Made by a program: the position numbers and the translations under genes. Below the pieces are notes generated by a model. The model was not told the DNA's origin, ran no database searches, and was given only the letters and a program-made list of their open reading frames with translations. From Sulfuracidifex metallicus DSM 6482 = JCM 9184 (GTDB taxonomy: Archaea; Thermoproteota; Thermoprotei_A; Sulfolobales; Sulfolobaceae): DNA of 24,000 nucleotides. Within the stretch, counting starts at the first letter, position 1. Each line of letters begins with the position of its first letter. Location of the stretch: assembly GCA_032834875.1 (NCBI GenBank), contig CP135238.1:44011-68010 (forward strand). The letters run 5' to 3'. Shown here one piece after another: positions 23,762 through 24,000 of the stretch.

Positions 23762-24000
23762 GGTAGTTGATCTGTTTTCTGGTGCAGGAGGATTTGCTGA
23801 GGGCTTTAGGTTAAATAACTTTGATATAAAATTGGCTGTAGAAATCAATTCGGCTGCATCTAAAAGTTACTCGTTAAATTTTCCTGATTCAATAGTCCTA
23901 CAAGAGGATATAAGGGACATCTCTGGTTATGAGATAAAGAAGTTGATAAACGGAAATCCTGACGTTGTTATAGGAAGTCCGCCTTGTGAACCTTTTACCG
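23748..24000 (+). CDS. C5-cytosine methyltransferase (3' end outside window)
   Basis: Not in the track because it is open-ended. ATG 23748 gives [20 protein letters not shown] (motif I, F-x-G-x-G) ... [12 protein letters not shown] (motif IV, Pro-Cys). The start overlaps the tfe 3' end by 14 nt. Confidence 0.75.
   Translation, partial: MGRFKVVDLFSGAGGFAEGFRLNNFDIKLAVEINSAASKSYSLNFPDSIVLQEDIRDISGYEIKKLINGNPDVVIGSPPCEPFT

Noticed and set aside
1-24000. I looked for CRISPR repeats, transposases or integrases, IS ends, toxin-antitoxin pairs, restriction or other defence genes, and a duplicated tRNA 3' half (att site).
   Set aside because: I found none. The only long exact repeat is the intragenic ABCE1 one. 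The window reads as conserved core genome rather than an accessory island.

Overview
AT-rich crenarchaeal (Sulfolobales-type) core-genome window, densely packed with translation, tRNA-modification, transcription and proteasome genes. From memory and unverified, the gene order resembles the Saccharolobus solfataricus tfe-to-ABCE1 region. I can support about 35 CDS, one tRNA-Arg(CCG) and an RNase P RNA. Two of the CDS are below the 60-aa ORF-track cutoff, and both window edges carry a partial gene. I see no CRISPR array, transposase, integrase, toxin-antitoxin pair or recognisable defence gene, and no convincing multi-gene novel system. This looks like an ordinary housekeeping region. The items most worth a second look are: (1) a 35-codon hyper-acidic, Trp-punctuated micro-ORF in the only real intergenic gap, just upstream of ABCE1 and downstream of tRNA-Arg(CCG); (2) a perfect 100-nt in-frame direct repeat inside ABCE1 that makes the signature/Walker-B segments of NBD1 and NBD2 identical; (3) two conserved genes (S17e, Trm56) whose conserved N-termini lie upstream of any ATG/GTG/TTG, with SD-like motifs placed before in-frame ATA/ATT codons; (4) the UV-response pair tfb3 plus a membrane-anchored HerA/VirB4-like ATPase (CedB-like) flanking thsB; (5) a PAN / PUA / PAC2-chaperone string overlapping convergently with a PUA-less arcTGT; (6) a 5'-partial C5-cytosine methyltransferase translationally coupled to tfe.
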